Below are positions 19,269-31,557 of a stretch of DNA of 32,000 nt, in pieces. The position numbers and the translations under genes were made by a program. A model generated the notes under the pieces. The model had not been told where the DNA came from and did no database searches. It saw nothing but the letters and a program-made list of their open reading frames with translations. This DNA is from Cupriavidus necator (GTDB lineage: Bacteria; Pseudomonadota; Gammaproteobacteria; Burkholderiales; Burkholderiaceae). Every line of letters starts with the position of its first letter. Within the stretch, counting starts at the first letter, position 1. Location: positions 2,880,001 through 2,912,000 of the forward strand of contig NZ_CP066018.1 of NCBI RefSeq assembly GCF_016127575.1, given 5' to 3'.

Positions 19269-19934
19269 ATGGCAAAAAACAAGTTCAATCATTCGTGGCT
19301 GCACGACCACATCAACGATCCGTACGTGAAAATGGCCCAGCGCGAGGGCTATCGCGCCCGCGCGGCCTACAAGCTCAAGGAGATCGACGAGCAGGACAAG
19401 CTGATCCGCCCGGGGCAGGTGATCGTCGACCTGGGCGCGGCGCCGGGCAGCTGGAGCCAGTACGCCCGCAACAAGCTGGCGGACTCGCCCCGGGCCAAGG
19501 ACGGCAGGATCGATGGCGCCGTGGTCGCGATCGACCTGCTGCCGATGGAACCGGTCGCCGACGTCACTTTCATCCAGGGTGACTTTCGCGAGGAATCAGT
19601 CTTCCGCGAACTGGAAAGTGTGGTGCTGGACGCCTCCGGCGGTAACAAGATTGACCTTGTTTTGTCGGACATGGCCCCCAATTTGTCCGGTGTGGCCTTC
19701 GCCGATGCAGCACGGATCGAGTACCTGTGCGACCTGGCGCTGGAATTTGCGCAGGCCCACCTTAAGCCGGAGGGGGCATTGCTGGTAAAGTGCTTCCACG
19801 GGAGCGGCTACAGCCAGATCGTGGAGAAGTTCAAACGGCATTTCAAAGTGGTTGCGAAACGCAAGCCCAAGGCGTCTCGCGACAAGTCTTCCGAAACCTT
19901 TATCCTTGGGCGCTACCTCAAGGCAGTGGATTGA
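19269..19934 (+). CDS. rlmE: 23S rRNA U2552 2'-O-ribose methyltransferase RlmE (FtsJ/RrmJ), 221 aa
   Basis: [35 protein letters not shown]-binding [29 protein letters not shown]...[11 protein letters not shown]. Confidence 0.95.
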   Translation: MAKNKFNHSWLHDHINDPYVKMAQREGYRARAAYKLKEIDEQDKLIRPGQVIVDLGAAPGSWSQYARNKLADSPRAKDGRIDGAVVAIDLLPMEPVADVTFIQGDFREESVFRELESVVLDASGGNKIDLVLSDMAPNLSGVAFADAARIEYLCDLALEFAQAHLKPEGALLVKCFHGSGYSQIVEKFKRHFKVVAKRKPKASRDKSSETFILGRYLKAVD

Positions 19935-20033
19935 CCGGTCTCGATACAAGCCAGGGCGAAAAAAGAAGCGTGGAAAGTGCCCCACCCGGTGCTATCGGCA
20001 TCATAGTTTCTCTGTTTCCCCCCGAGGGCGGGC

Positions 20034-20051
20034 GCTGCATTACAATGCAGC
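20034..20051. promoter_or_regulatory. Perfect 8-bp-arm palindrome GCTGCATT-AC-AATGCAGC containing a TACAAT hexamer, upstream of ftsH
   Basis: Read directly. TACAAT is at 20041-20046. I could not find a convincing -35 at 16-18 bp. Confidence 0.4.
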
Positions 20052-20087
20052 TATCCGTTGGCAAGGCAATTGCAAAGGAGTTCGGCC

Positions 20088-21971
<1,884 letters not shown>

Positions 21972-22026
21972 TCCTGGTTCGTCCACAGACGACGCCGTAG
22001 TGATGGCTGTGTAGTGCCTGTCCCTG

Positions 22027-22059
22027 AAGCCGGTGCCTGGTGCACCGGCTTTTCCTTTT
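22027..22059 (+). terminator. Rho-independent terminator/attenuator after ftsH
   Basis: AAGCCGGTGC-ctggt-GCACCGGCTT followed by TTCCTTTTG. A second small hairpin, GCGCGGC-atct-GCCGCGC, follows at 22060-22077. Confidence 0.75.
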
Positions 22060-22102
22060 GCGCGGCATCTGCCGCGCCCGGATTGAATCAAGCATTCCTA
22101 CC

Positions 22103-22969
22103 TTGCAGCAGACTTCTCAGACCAGGTATTTCCAGTGCGGCCGTTTTCGCTTTGCCCTGGACCAGCGCCCGCTGGTGATGGGTATCCTCAACGTCACGCC
22201 CGATTCCTTCTCGGATGGCGGCCAGCATGCCAGCCGGGACGCGGCGCTGCGCCATGCCGGGCAGATGATCGCCGAGGGCGTTGACATCATCGACATCGGC
22301 GGGGAATCCAGCCGGCCCGGTTCGGCGGCGCTGCCGCTGGAAGACGAACTGGCGCGCGTGATCCCGGTGGTGGAAGCACTGCGCGACTGCGGCAAGCCGC
22401 TCTCGGTCGATACCTACAAGCCCGAGGTCATGCGCGCCGCGCTTGCGGCCGGAGCCGATCTCATCAACGATATCTGGGGTTTCCGCATGCCGGGCGCGGT
22501 CGAGGCCGTGGCGGCGGGGCAGGCGGGCCTGTGCGTGATGCATATGCAGCGCGATCCGCAGACCATGCAGGAAGACCCGCACTACGATGACGTGGTCGCC
22601 GAGGTGGCCGGGTTCCTTGCCGAGCGCATTGCCGTGCTGCGCGCTGCCGGCATCGACGATGCGCGCATCTCCCTCGATCCGGGGTTTGGCTTCGGCAAGA
22701 CACCCGATCATAATCTGCGCCTGCTCGGCCAACTGCCGCGGCTGGCGCTTGAGGGCCTGCCGGTGCTGGCTGGCATCTCGCGCAAGTCCACGCTGGGCGC
22801 GGTCCTTGGTGGCCGGCCGCCGCAGCAGCGTGTTGCCGCCAGCATTGCCGCCGCGGTGTGTGCGCTGGAGCGCGGAGCATTTATCGTGCGCGTGCATGAT
22901 GTGGAGCAGACGGTGGACGCCGTGAAGACCTGGTGGGCGGTGCGCAACGAGTCCGTTGGCGCGGCCTGA
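22103..22969 (+). CDS. folP: Dihydropteroate synthase; start uncertain (TTG 22103 proposed, 288 aa)
   Basis: [56 protein letters not shown]. The track start (GTG 22040) lies inside the ftsH terminator stem. GTG 22175 and ATG 22178 would remove the usual ~15-25 aa N-terminal segment. Confidence 0.85.
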
Positions 22970-23027
22970 ACCAGCCGCGGCCACCGCAGGCAGAACAACG
23001 ATCAGAGTAAAGAAAGGGAATCAGCGA

Positions 23028-24371
23028 ATGACACGCAAGTATTTCGGGACAGATGGCGTGCGGGGCAGGGTCGGCGAGGCGCCGATCACGCCGGACTTCG
23101 TGATGCGCCTGGGCCATGCGGCCGGCAAGGTGCTGGCCCACGGCGCCAAGACCGGGCAAGGCAAGCCGACCGTGCTGATCGGCAAGGACACGCGCATTTC
23201 CGGCTATATGCTGGAAGCGGCGCTGGAAGCCGGCTTCACCTCGGCCGGCGTGCACGTGCTGCTGACCGGCCCGCTGCCGACGCCGGGCATCGCCTATCTG
23301 ACGCGGGCGCTGCGGCTGTCCGCCGGCGTGGTGATCTCGGCCAGCCACAATCCCTACTACGACAACGGCATCAAGTTCTTTTCGGCCGACGGCGACAAGC
23401 TGCCCGATGCGGTCGAGGCAGAGATCGAGGCTGCCATCGAAGAGCCGATGGTGTGCGCGCCGTCCGATGACCTGGGCCGCGCGCGCCGCATCAACGATGC
23501 GCCCGGCCGCTATATCGAGTTCTGCAAGAGCACCTTCCCGCATGAGCAGGACCTGTACGGCCTGAAACTGGTGGTCGACTGCGCCCATGGCGCCGCCTAC
23601 CACATCGCGCCGCACGTGTTCCATGAGCTGGGCGCCGACGTGGTTTCGATCGGCAACCAGCCGGACGGCCGCAATATCAACGACGGCTACGGCGCCACCG
23701 CGCCGGCCAAGCTGGTTGAGGCGGTCAAGGCCCATGGCGCTGACCTGGGCCTGGCCTTTGACGGCGACGCCGACCGCTTGCAGGTGGTGGATGCCGACGG
23801 CCGTCTCTACAACGGCGACGAACTGCTGTATCTGATCGTGCGCGACCGCCAGGCCGCTGGCCAGGCGGTGCCGGGTGCCGTGGGCACGCTGATGACCAAT
23901 ATGGCGGTGGAGCTCGCGCTCAAGCGCCAGGGCGTGGAATTCGTGCGCGCCAAGGTGGGTGACCGCTATGTGCTGGAAGAGTTGAACAAGCGCAGCTGGA
24001 CTCTGGGCGGCGAGGGCTCCGGCCACCTGCTGTGCCTGGACCGCCACAGCACCGGCGACGGCATCGTGTCGGCGCTGCAGGTGCTGGCCGCGCTGCGCCG
24101 CAGCGGCAAGACTCTGGCGCAGTTGCTCGAGGGCGTAAGGCTGTTCCCGCAGACGCTCATCAACGTGCGCGTGCAGAAAGGCTTCGACTGGCAGTCGCAT
24201 GCCGGCCTGCAGGCCGCGCGCGCGGCGGTCGAGCCTGAACTGGAGGGGCGCGGCCGGGTGCTGATCCGTGCCTCCGGCACCGAGCCGGTGGTGCGCGTGA
24301 TGGTCGAGGCCGAGCAGGCTGAAATGGCCGAGCGCGCGGCCAGGCGGCTGGCCGATGCCTTGGGCGCCTGA
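23028..24371 (+). CDS. glmM: Phosphoglucosamine mutase, 447 aa
   Basis: [13 protein letters not shown], phosphoserine loop [16 protein letters not shown], metal loop [16 protein letters not shown]. Confidence 0.95.
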
Positions 24372-24391
24372 TACGCCGCCCCCTGACCAGG

Positions 24392-24419
24392 AACGCCGGG
24401 CCAGTCCCGGCGTTTTTTT
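24392..24419 (+). terminator. Rho-independent terminator after glmM
   Basis: AACGCCGGG-ccagt-CCCGGCGTT running into a T7 tract. Confidence 0.85.
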
Positions 24420-24518
24420 ATTCTATAGCGCAATTAACCGCCGTCATATTGCGTCACCATGATTGCCGGATGGCCGCGGCGATCCCTTGCTGGAGGCCGG
24501 TTCCAAGAAGATTTAAAG

Positions 24519-24536
24519 ATGTCACGGAATTGTCAT
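24519..24536 (+). promoter_or_regulatory. Pho box (distal): ATGTCAC-GGAA-TTGTCAT
   Basis: Two 7-bp direct repeats with 11-bp periodicity, resembling the PhoB consensus CTGTCAT-N4-CTGTCAT. A TAGAGT -10-like hexamer (24547-24552) starts 10 bp after the box. Confidence 0.65.
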
Positions 24537-24557
24537 ACAGGGAGCATAGAGTTCGTC

Positions 24558-24575
24558 TTGTCAAAAATTTGTCAT
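24558..24575 (+). promoter_or_regulatory. Pho box (proximal): TTGTCAA-AAAT-TTGTCAT
   Basis: A 7+4+7 arrangement with an A/T-rich spacer, read directly. It ends only 27 nt before the pstS ATG. Confidence 0.65.
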
Positions 24576-24602
24576 TCCCAACCAATGTTCTCTGGAGGAC
24601 AT

Positions 24603-25634
24603 ATGAAGCTGGTCAAGACTGCCGTGGCAGGCATCGTTTCGATGGTGGTGGCGGGTACTGCGTTCGCGGCGGAAATTACCGGTGCAGGCGCTTCTTTCCC
24701 GGCGCCCGTGTATTCCAAGTGGGCCGACGCATACCAAAAAGCAACGGGTAATAAGGTCAACTATCAATCCATCGGCTCGTCGGGCGGGATCAAGCAGATC
24801 GGCGCCAAGACGGTCGATTTCGGTGCCTCGGACGCGCCGCTGAAGGACGAGGACCTGAACAAGCAGGGCCTGGTCCAGTTCCCGACCGTGATCGGCGGCG
24901 TGGTGCCGGTGATCAACCTGCAGGGCGTAAAGCCGGGCGATCTGACCATCACGGGCGAAGTGCTGGCCAATATCTACCTGGGCAAGATCAAGAAGTGGGA
25001 TGACCCCGCGATCAAGGCGCTGAACCCGCAAGCCAAGCTGCCGAGCCAGGACATCCTGCCGGTGCGCCGCGCCGACGGTTCGGGCACTACCTTCATCTTC
25101 ACCAACTACCTGTCCAAGGTCAGCCCGGACTGGAAGAGCGCGGTGGGCGAGGGCACCACGGTCAACTGGCCGGGCGGCGGCACCGGCGGCAAGGGCAACG
25201 AGGGCGTCGCCGCCTTCGTGCAGCGCCTGAACGGCGCCATCGGCTACGTCGAGTACGCCTACGCCAAGCAGAACAAGATGACCCACGTGAACATGAAGAA
25301 CGCGTCGGGTGCCGTGGTCAAGCCGGGCGACGATGCCTTCAAGGCTGCCGCCGCCGGTGCGGACTGGAGCAAGACCTACTACCAGATCCTGACCAACCAG
25401 CCGGGCAAGGAAGCCTGGCCGATCGCGGGCGCCACCTTCATCCTGGTCCACAAGAACCAGGAAAAGGCCGCGCAGGGTGCCGAAGTGCTGAAGTTCTTCG
25501 ACTGGGCCTACAAGAGCGGCGCCAACATGGCCGCCGACCTTGACTACGTGCCGCTGCCGGAAAACGTTGTGAACCAGATCCGTTCGACCTGGAAGACCAG
25601 CGTCAAGGACGCCTCGGGCAAGGCGCTGTACTGA
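24603..25634 (+). CDS. pstS: Periplasmic phosphate-binding protein PstS, 343 aa
   Basis: ATG 24603 with GGAGG at 24594-24598. Signal peptide [22 protein letters not shown]|[34 protein letters not shown]. The track start at 24459 is an upstream extension across the Pho boxes. Confidence 0.95.
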   Translation: MKLVKTAVAGIVSMVVAGTAFAAEITGAGASFPAPVYSKWADAYQKATGNKVNYQSIGSSGGIKQIGAKTVDFGASDAPLKDEDLNKQGLVQFPTVIGGVVPVINLQGVKPGDLTITGEVLANIYLGKIKKWDDPAIKALNPQAKLPSQDILPVRRADGSGTTFIFTNYLSKVSPDWKSAVGEGTTVNWPGGGTGGKGNEGVAAFVQRLNGAIGYVEYAYAKQNKMTHVNMKNASGAVVKPGDDAFKAAAAGADWSKTYYQILTNQPGKEAWPIAGATFILVHKNQEKAAQGAEVLKFFDWAYKSGANMAADLDYVPLPENVVNQIRSTWKTSVKDASGKALY

Positions 25635-25648
25635 TCCTGACGGCATCG

Positions 25649-25674
25649 CCGGCCCCGCGCGAGTGCGGGGCCGG
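25649..25674 (+). promoter_or_regulatory. 10-bp perfect hairpin in the pstS-pstC spacer; candidate attenuator or mRNA-stability element
   Basis: CCGGCCCCGC-gcgagt-GCGGGGCCGG. No U-tract. A second element, CTCCCGCC-ca-GGCGGGAG, lies at about 25709-25728. Confidence 0.5.
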
Positions 25675-25752
25675 TGGCCGGGCTGCCCGAAACTGGCCCG
25701 GACACCAGGCTCCCGCCCAGGCGGGAGCGGCGATCCACCCTGAATTCCCGAC

Positions 25753-26721
25753 ATGGCGACTACCCCCTCCGAGATCCGCAACGTCCAGCCCCCGAGCCGC
25801 ATGGGCGACATCCTGTTCGGCGGCCTGACGCGGGGCGCCGCGATCGTGACCCTGCTGCTGCTGGGCGGCATCATCGTCTCGCTCGCGATCAGCGCCTGGC
25901 CGTCGATCCAGACCTTCGGTGCGCGCTTCCTGTGGACCGCGGAGTGGGATCCTCCCGCCGATGTCTATGGCGCGCTGGTGCCCATCTACGGCACCATCGT
26001 GACCTCGCTGATCGCGCTGATCATCGCGGTGCCGGTGAGCTTCGGCATCGCGCTGTTCCTGACCGAGCTGTCGCCGGCCTGGCTGCGCCGCCCGCTGGGC
26101 ACGGCCATCGAACTGCTCGCCGCGGTGCCGTCGATCGTCTACGGCATGTGGGGCCTGCTCGTGTTCGCGCCGATCTTCGGCGAGTATTTCCAGAAGCCCC
26201 TGGCCGCCACGGTGGGCCAGCTGCCGGTGGTCGGCAAGCTGTTCCAGGGCGCGCCGCTGGGCATCGGCCTGCTGTGCGCGGGCGTGATCCTGGCGATCAT
26301 GATCATCCCGTACATCGCTTCGGTGATGCGCGACGTGTTTGAAGTCACCCCGGTGCTGCTCAAGGAATCGGCCTACGGCGTGGGCTGCACCACCTGGGAA
26401 GTGATGTGGAACGTGGTGCTGCCCTACACCCGCGCCGGTGTCATCGGCGGCGTGATGCTGGGCCTGGGCCGCGCACTGGGCGAGACCATGGCCGTCACCT
26501 TCGTGATCGGCAACACCAACCTGCTGGACAGCGCCTCGCTGTTCTCGCCGGGCAACAGCATCACCTCGGCGCTCGCCAACGAATTCGCCGAAGCCGGCGC
26601 CGGCCTGCACACCGCGGCGCTGATGGAACTGGGCCTGATCCTGTTCTTCATTACCTTCGTGGTGCTGGCGCTGTCCAAGCTGCTGCTGCTGCGACTGGCA
26701 AAGAATGAGGGAACCAAATGA
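25753..26721 (+). CDS. pstC: Phosphate ABC transporter permease PstC, 322 aa
   Basis: Multi-TM permease. It sits between pstS and pstA and overlaps pstA by 4 bp. Sequence is PstC-like ([26 protein letters not shown]). Confidence 0.9.
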   Translation: MATTPSEIRNVQPPSRMGDILFGGLTRGAAIVTLLLLGGIIVSLAISAWPSIQTFGARFLWTAEWDPPADVYGALVPIYGTIVTSLIALIIAVPVSFGIALFLTELSPAWLRRPLGTAIELLAAVPSIVYGMWGLLVFAPIFGEYFQKPLAATVGQLPVVGKLFQGAPLGIGLLCAGVILAIMIIPYIASVMRDVFEVTPVLLKESAYGVGCTTWEVMWNVVLPYTRAGVIGGVMLGLGRALGETMAVTFVIGNTNLLDSASLFSPGNSITSALANEFAEAGAGLHTAALMELGLILFFITFVVLALSKLLLLRLAKNEGTK

Positions 26722-27617
26722 GCGCGAGTCAAGCTGTGTCAACCGCATCGATCCCGGCGGTCCGTGCCGACGCGGATGCCATCCGCACCCGGCTGCAGGC
26801 GCGCCGCCGCCGCACCAACCTGTATGCACTGACCGCCTCGCTGGTGGCGATGGGCTTCGGCCTGTTCTGGCTGGCGTGGATCCTGTGGACCACCGTCACG
26901 CTGGGCGTGGGCGGCCTGTCGCTGGACCTGTTCACGCAGATGACCCCGGCGCCGAATACCGCTGGCGGCGGCCTGGCCAACGCCATCTTCGGCAGCTTCG
27001 TGATGGTCGGCATGGCCACGCTGTTCGGCACGCCGCTGGGCATCCTGGCCGGCATCTACCTGGCCGAGTACGGCAAGAGCTCGCCGCTGGCCAGCTTTAT
27101 CCGCTTTATCAACGACATCCTGCTGTCGGCGCCGTCGATTGTGATCGGCCTCTTTGTCTACGCGCTGGTGGTGACCCGCATGGGCCACTTCTCGGGCTGG
27201 GCCGGGATCTGCGCGCTGGCGCTGCTGCAGGTGCCGATCGTGGTGCGCACCACCGAGAACATGCTGAACCTGGTGCCCAACGCGCTGCGCGAGGCGGCCT
27301 TCGCACTCGGCACGCCCAAGTGGAAGATGGTGCTGTCGATCACGGTGAAGTCATCCTACGCCGGCATTGTGACCGGGGTGTTGCTGGCCGTCGCCCGTAT
27401 CGCCGGCGAGACCGCGCCGCTGCTGTTCACCGCGCTGTCCAATCAGTTCTGGACCAGCGACCTGAACAAGCCGATGGCCAACCTGCCGGTGACGATCTTC
27501 CGCTTTGCCATGAGCCCGTTCACCGAATGGCAGCAACTGGCCTGGGCGGGTGTGTTCCTGATTACGATCGGCGTGCTGGCCCTGAATATCCTGGCGCGCA
27601 TCCTGTTCAAGAAATAA
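26718..27617 (+). CDS. pstA: Phosphate ABC transporter permease PstA, 299 aa
   Basis: ATGA overlap with the pstC stop (26718-26721). Permease with the PstA-typical [14 protein letters not shown] and [10 protein letters not shown] blocks. Confidence 0.9.
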   Translation: MSASQAVSTASIPAVRADADAIRTRLQARRRRTNLYALTASLVAMGFGLFWLAWILWTTVTLGVGGLSLDLFTQMTPAPNTAGGGLANAIFGSFVMVGMATLFGTPLGILAGIYLAEYGKSSPLASFIRFINDILLSAPSIVIGLFVYALVVTRMGHFSGWAGICALALLQVPIVVRTTENMLNLVPNALREAAFALGTPKWKMVLSITVKSSYAGIVTGVLLAVARIAGETAPLLFTALSNQFWTSDLNKPMANLPVTIFRFAMSPFTEWQQLAWAGVFLITIGVLALNILARILFKK

Positions 27618-27669
27618 GCGGCCGGACCACGCAAACCGTCCCGCCCAAAGACTGCAAGCGAGAAACGCA

Positions 27670-28458
27670 ATGACCTCCACCGTCATCGACATTCCCGATT
27701 CGGTACGCGCCAAGATCGACGTGCGCAACCTGAACTTCTACTACGGCCAGTTCCATGCGCTGAAGGACATCAACATGTCGATCCCCGACCGCAAGGTCAC
27801 GGCCTTCATCGGACCGTCGGGGTGCGGCAAGTCGACGCTGCTGCGCACCTTCAACAAGATGTATGCGCTGTATCCCGAGCAGCGCGCCGAGGGTGAGATC
27901 AACATGGACGGCGACAACCTGCTGACCGCGCGCCAGGACATCGCGCTGCTGCGCGCCAAGGTCGGCATGGTGTTCCAGAAGCCGACACCGTTCCCGATGT
28001 CGATCTACGACAACATCGCCTTCGGCGTGCGCCTGTTCGAGAAGCTGTCGCGCTCGGAGATGGACGACCGCGTGGAATGGGCGCTGACCAAGGCGGCGCT
28101 GTGGAACGAGGCCAAGGACAAGCTGCATCAGTCCGGCTACGGCCTGTCCGGCGGCCAGCAGCAGCGCCTGTGCATCGCGCGCGGCATTGCCATCCGCCCG
28201 GAAGTGTTGCTGCTGGACGAGCCGTGCTCGGCACTCGATCCGATTTCCACCGGCCGCATCGAGGAACTGATCGCGGAGCTGAAGGACGAGTACACGGTCG
28301 TGATCGTTACCCACAACATGCAGCAGGCGGCGCGCTGCTCGGACTACACCGCCTACATGTACCTGGGCGAACTGATCGAGTTCGGCGAGACCGAGAAGAT
28401 CTTCATCAAGCCGCACCGCAAGGAAACGGAAGACTACATTACCGGCCGGTTCGGCTGA
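27670..28458 (+). CDS. pstB: Phosphate ABC transporter ATPase PstB, 262 aa
   Basis: Walker [10 protein letters not shown], signature [16 protein letters not shown], Walker [14 protein letters not shown]-loop VTHNMQQA. Confidence 0.97.
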   Translation: MTSTVIDIPDSVRAKIDVRNLNFYYGQFHALKDINMSIPDRKVTAFIGPSGCGKSTLLRTFNKMYALYPEQRAEGEINMDGDNLLTARQDIALLRAKVGMVFQKPTPFPMSIYDNIAFGVRLFEKLSRSEMDDRVEWALTKAALWNEAKDKLHQSGYGLSGGQQQRLCIARGIAIRPEVLLLDEPCSALDPISTGRIEELIAELKDEYTVVIVTHNMQQAARCSDYTAYMYLGELIEFGETEKIFIKPHRKETEDYITGRFG

Positions 28459-28505
28459 TCGTTACCGCAGGGCGTAGCATATCCATAAGCGGCCAGGAGA
28501 ATCCC

Positions 28506-29210
28506 ATGCCAGACAAGCACCTGTCGACTCAGTTCGACGCCGACCTCAACGCGATCAACACCAAGCTGCTGCAGATGGGCGGCCTGGTCGAGTCGCAGAT
28601 CGAGCTCGCCATGCGCGCGCTGTCCGACTTCGATGGCGAGACCGCCGACCAGGTCATCGCCCGGGAGATCCAGCTCAACGCGCTGGAAGTCGAGATCGAT
28701 GCCGACTGCGGCAACATCATTGCCCGGCGCCAGCCGACCGCGCGCGACCTGCGCCTGGTGATGGCCATCTCCAAGACCATCACCAACCTGGAGCGCGCCG
28801 GCGACGAGGCCGAGAAGATCGCCAAGCGCACCAAGCACATCATGGAAGACGCGTCGGCGCACAGCATCAATTACGCCGAGGTCAAGCTCTCGGGCGAGAT
28901 GGCGATCTCGCTGCTGCGCCAGGCGCTGGACGCCTTTGCGCGCCTGGACACCGTGGCGGCGGCGCGCATCGTCAAGGACGACAAGGCCATCGACGAGGAA
29001 TTCCGCGGCTTCGTGCGCAAGCTGATCACGTACATGATGGAAGACCCGCGTACGATCTCGGTCGCGCTGGATTTCCTGTTCATCGCCAAGGCGGTGGAGC
29101 GCATTGGCGATCACGCCAAGAACATCGCGGAATTTATCATTTACATTGTCAAGGGGACGGACGTCCGCCATGTCTCGCGCGAGGACATGGAGCGCGAAGC
29201 GCTGAGCTGA
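28506..29210 (+). CDS. phoU: Phosphate signalling accessory protein PhoU, 234 aa
   Basis: ATG 28506 with AGGAGA upstream. Duplicated PhoU repeats with ERAGDEAEKIA and ERIGDHAKNIAE. The track start at 28077 lies inside pstB. Confidence 0.95.
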   Translation: MPDKHLSTQFDADLNAINTKLLQMGGLVESQIELAMRALSDFDGETADQVIAREIQLNALEVEIDADCGNIIARRQPTARDLRLVMAISKTITNLERAGDEAEKIAKRTKHIMEDASAHSINYAEVKLSGEMAISLLRQALDAFARLDTVAAARIVKDDKAIDEEFRGFVRKLITYMMEDPRTISVALDFLFIAKAVERIGDHAKNIAEFIIYIVKGTDVRHVSREDMEREALS

Positions 29211-29237
29211 ACTCAGCCGCCCACGGAGAACAATTAC

Positions 29238-29945
<708 letters not shown>

Positions 29946-29978
29946 CGCGCCGGACATGGGAGGGCGGCTCGACGTGCT

Positions 29979-30009
29979 GCCCTGCCAGAGCCCACGCTGC
30001 TGGCAGGGC
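29979..30009 (+). promoter_or_regulatory. 10-bp perfect hairpin inside the 133-bp phoB-phoR spacer
   Basis: GCCCTGCCAG-(11 nt)-CTGGCAGGGC, read directly. No U-tract. Confidence 0.45.
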
Positions 30010-30078
30010 GCGGCGCATTCGTGGCACACTCCGTCGCAACCCTGCAGCCTTCCGTGGCTGCGAGCCTGAACCCTGCGC

Positions 30079-31461
30079 ATGAATGTCATCTGGGCCCGTT
30101 CCGTGGCCATCCTGATCAGCCTGCTGGTGCTGTCCGCCGGTGTTTACCTGGCCGTGGGCCCGGTGCCAGCGCTGGCGCTGGCATGCGTATCGCTGCTCGG
30201 GCTGCTGTTCTACTACTTGTACCAGATCAACCGCCTGTGGAAGGTGCTTGATGCGCCGGTCTACGGCGAGATCCCCAGTGCACTCGGGCTTTGGGGCGAG
30301 GTGTATTACCGGCTGCACCGGCTGGTCAAGCGCTGGCGCACCCAGGTGCTGCAGGTCGAGCAGCAGCACACGCGCTTTATCCAGGCCATCCAGGCTTCGC
30401 CCAACGGCGTGCTGATGCTGGACGACGCCGACCAGATCGAGTGGTGCAACGACGTGGCCGAGCAGCATTTCGGCCTGAACGCGCGGCGCGACGTGCGCCA
30501 GCGCATCACCCACCTGATCCGCCGCCCCGAGTTCGTCCACTACCTGACCCGGCAGCGCTTCGATGACCCACTGGTGATGCGCGACATGGGCGAGCACAAG
30601 CACAGCGTGATCGCGGTGCAGATCCTGCCCTATGGCGACAACCGCAAGCTGGTGATCACGCAGGACATCACCAAGCTCGAAAACACCGAGGCGATGCGGC
30701 GCGACTTCGTTGCCAACGTGTCGCACGAACTGAAGACGCCGCTGACGGTGCTGACCGGCTTCCTGGAAACCGTGCGCGACCTGCCGGTGTCGGAAGACGA
30801 CCGGCGCCGCTACATCGACATGATGCTGGCGCAGTCGGTGCGCATGCAGAGCATCGTCGAAGACCTGCTGGCGCTGGCCAAGCTGGAAAGCGATGCGCAG
30901 CCGCCCGGCAATGACATCGTGCCGATCCGTGCCATGGTGGCGCACCTGACCCACGACGCCGAGGCGCTGTCGCAGGGACGGCACCAGGTCTCGGCCGAGA
31001 TCGACCCGACCGTCGGCATGCGTGGCGCCGAGACCGAACTGCTGTCGGCGCTGGGCAACCTGGTGTCGAACGCCGTGCGCTACACGCCGGACGGGGGGCG
31101 CATCACCATCAGGCTGGCCTGGGAAGAGGGTCATGCCGTGTTCTCGGTGGCCGATACCGGCCTGGGCATCGCTCCCGAGCATATTCCCCGGCTGACCGAG
31201 CGCTTCTACCGCGTGGACCGCAGCCGCTCGCGCGACACCGGCGGCACCGGGCTGGGGCTGGCCATCGTCAAGCACGTGCTGTCACGCCACCATGCGGACC
31301 TGCGCGTGACCAGCGAAGAGGGCCGGGGCAGCGTGTTCCGCGTGATCTTCCCGCTTGAACGCAGCCTGCGTTCGGCCGGGGAGGGCGCGGACATGCCAGC
31401 GCCAGGCAGCGGCCCGACCGCGCCGCCGCAGTCGCCGGACACCTCGCGGCGCGCCGCCTGA
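30079..31461 (+). CDS. phoR: Phosphate regulon sensor histidine kinase PhoR, 460 aa
   Basis: N-terminal TM hairpin, PAS-like region, H-box VSHELKTPLTVL, N-box NLVSNAVRYTP, G1 DTGLGI, G2 GGTGLGLAIVKHV. Confidence 0.92.
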   Translation: MNVIWARSVAILISLLVLSAGVYLAVGPVPALALACVSLLGLLFYYLYQINRLWKVLDAPVYGEIPSALGLWGEVYYRLHRLVKRWRTQVLQVEQQHTRFIQAIQASPNGVLMLDDADQIEWCNDVAEQHFGLNARRDVRQRITHLIRRPEFVHYLTRQRFDDPLVMRDMGEHKHSVIAVQILPYGDNRKLVITQDITKLENTEAMRRDFVANVSHELKTPLTVLTGFLETVRDLPVSEDDRRRYIDMMLAQSVRMQSIVEDLLALAKLESDAQPPGNDIVPIRAMVAHLTHDAEALSQGRHQVSAEIDPTVGMRGAETELLSALGNLVSNAVRYTPDGGRITIRLAWEEGHAVFSVADTGLGIAPEHIPRLTERFYRVDRSRSRDTGGTGLGLAIVKHVLSRHHADLRVTSEEGRGSVFRVIFPLERSLRSAGEGADMPAPGSGPTAPPQSPDTSRRAA

Positions 31462-31471
31462 CCCGTAAAGG

Positions 31472-31495
31472 AAAACCCCGCCGCGGCGGGGTTTT
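31472..31495. terminator. Bidirectional rho-independent terminator shared by phoR (+) and ppk (-)
   Basis: AAAACCCCGCC-gc-GGCGGGGTTTT. The A-tract/T-tract symmetry gives a U-run on both strands. Confidence 0.85.
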
Positions 31496-31557
31496 GCATG
31501 TTATGCCTCAGGGAAGCCTCCTCGGCTCCTGGCGCAAGGTGGGCAACAGAAGCCCGC

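Noticed and set aside
20059-20074. TGGCAA-N5-TTGCA, an almost perfect sigma54 -24/-12 element upstream of ftsH
   Set aside because: Transcription would begin at about 20085, downstream of the AAGGAG SD and 3 nt before the TTG start. That would give a leaderless, SD-less ftsH mRNA. No enhancer-binding-protein context is visible, so this is probably a chance match. A TSS map would settle it.
22040-22102. GVG-start extension of folP (the track ORF begins at GTG 22040)
   Set aside because: This start codon lies inside the stem of the ftsH terminator, and the added residues (MHRLFLLRGICRARIESS..) are not FolP-like.
24459-24602. 48-aa N-terminal extension of pstS in the track
   Set aside because: It would translate through both Pho boxes and the SD. 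ATG 24603 is followed by a textbook signal peptide and preceded by GGAGG.
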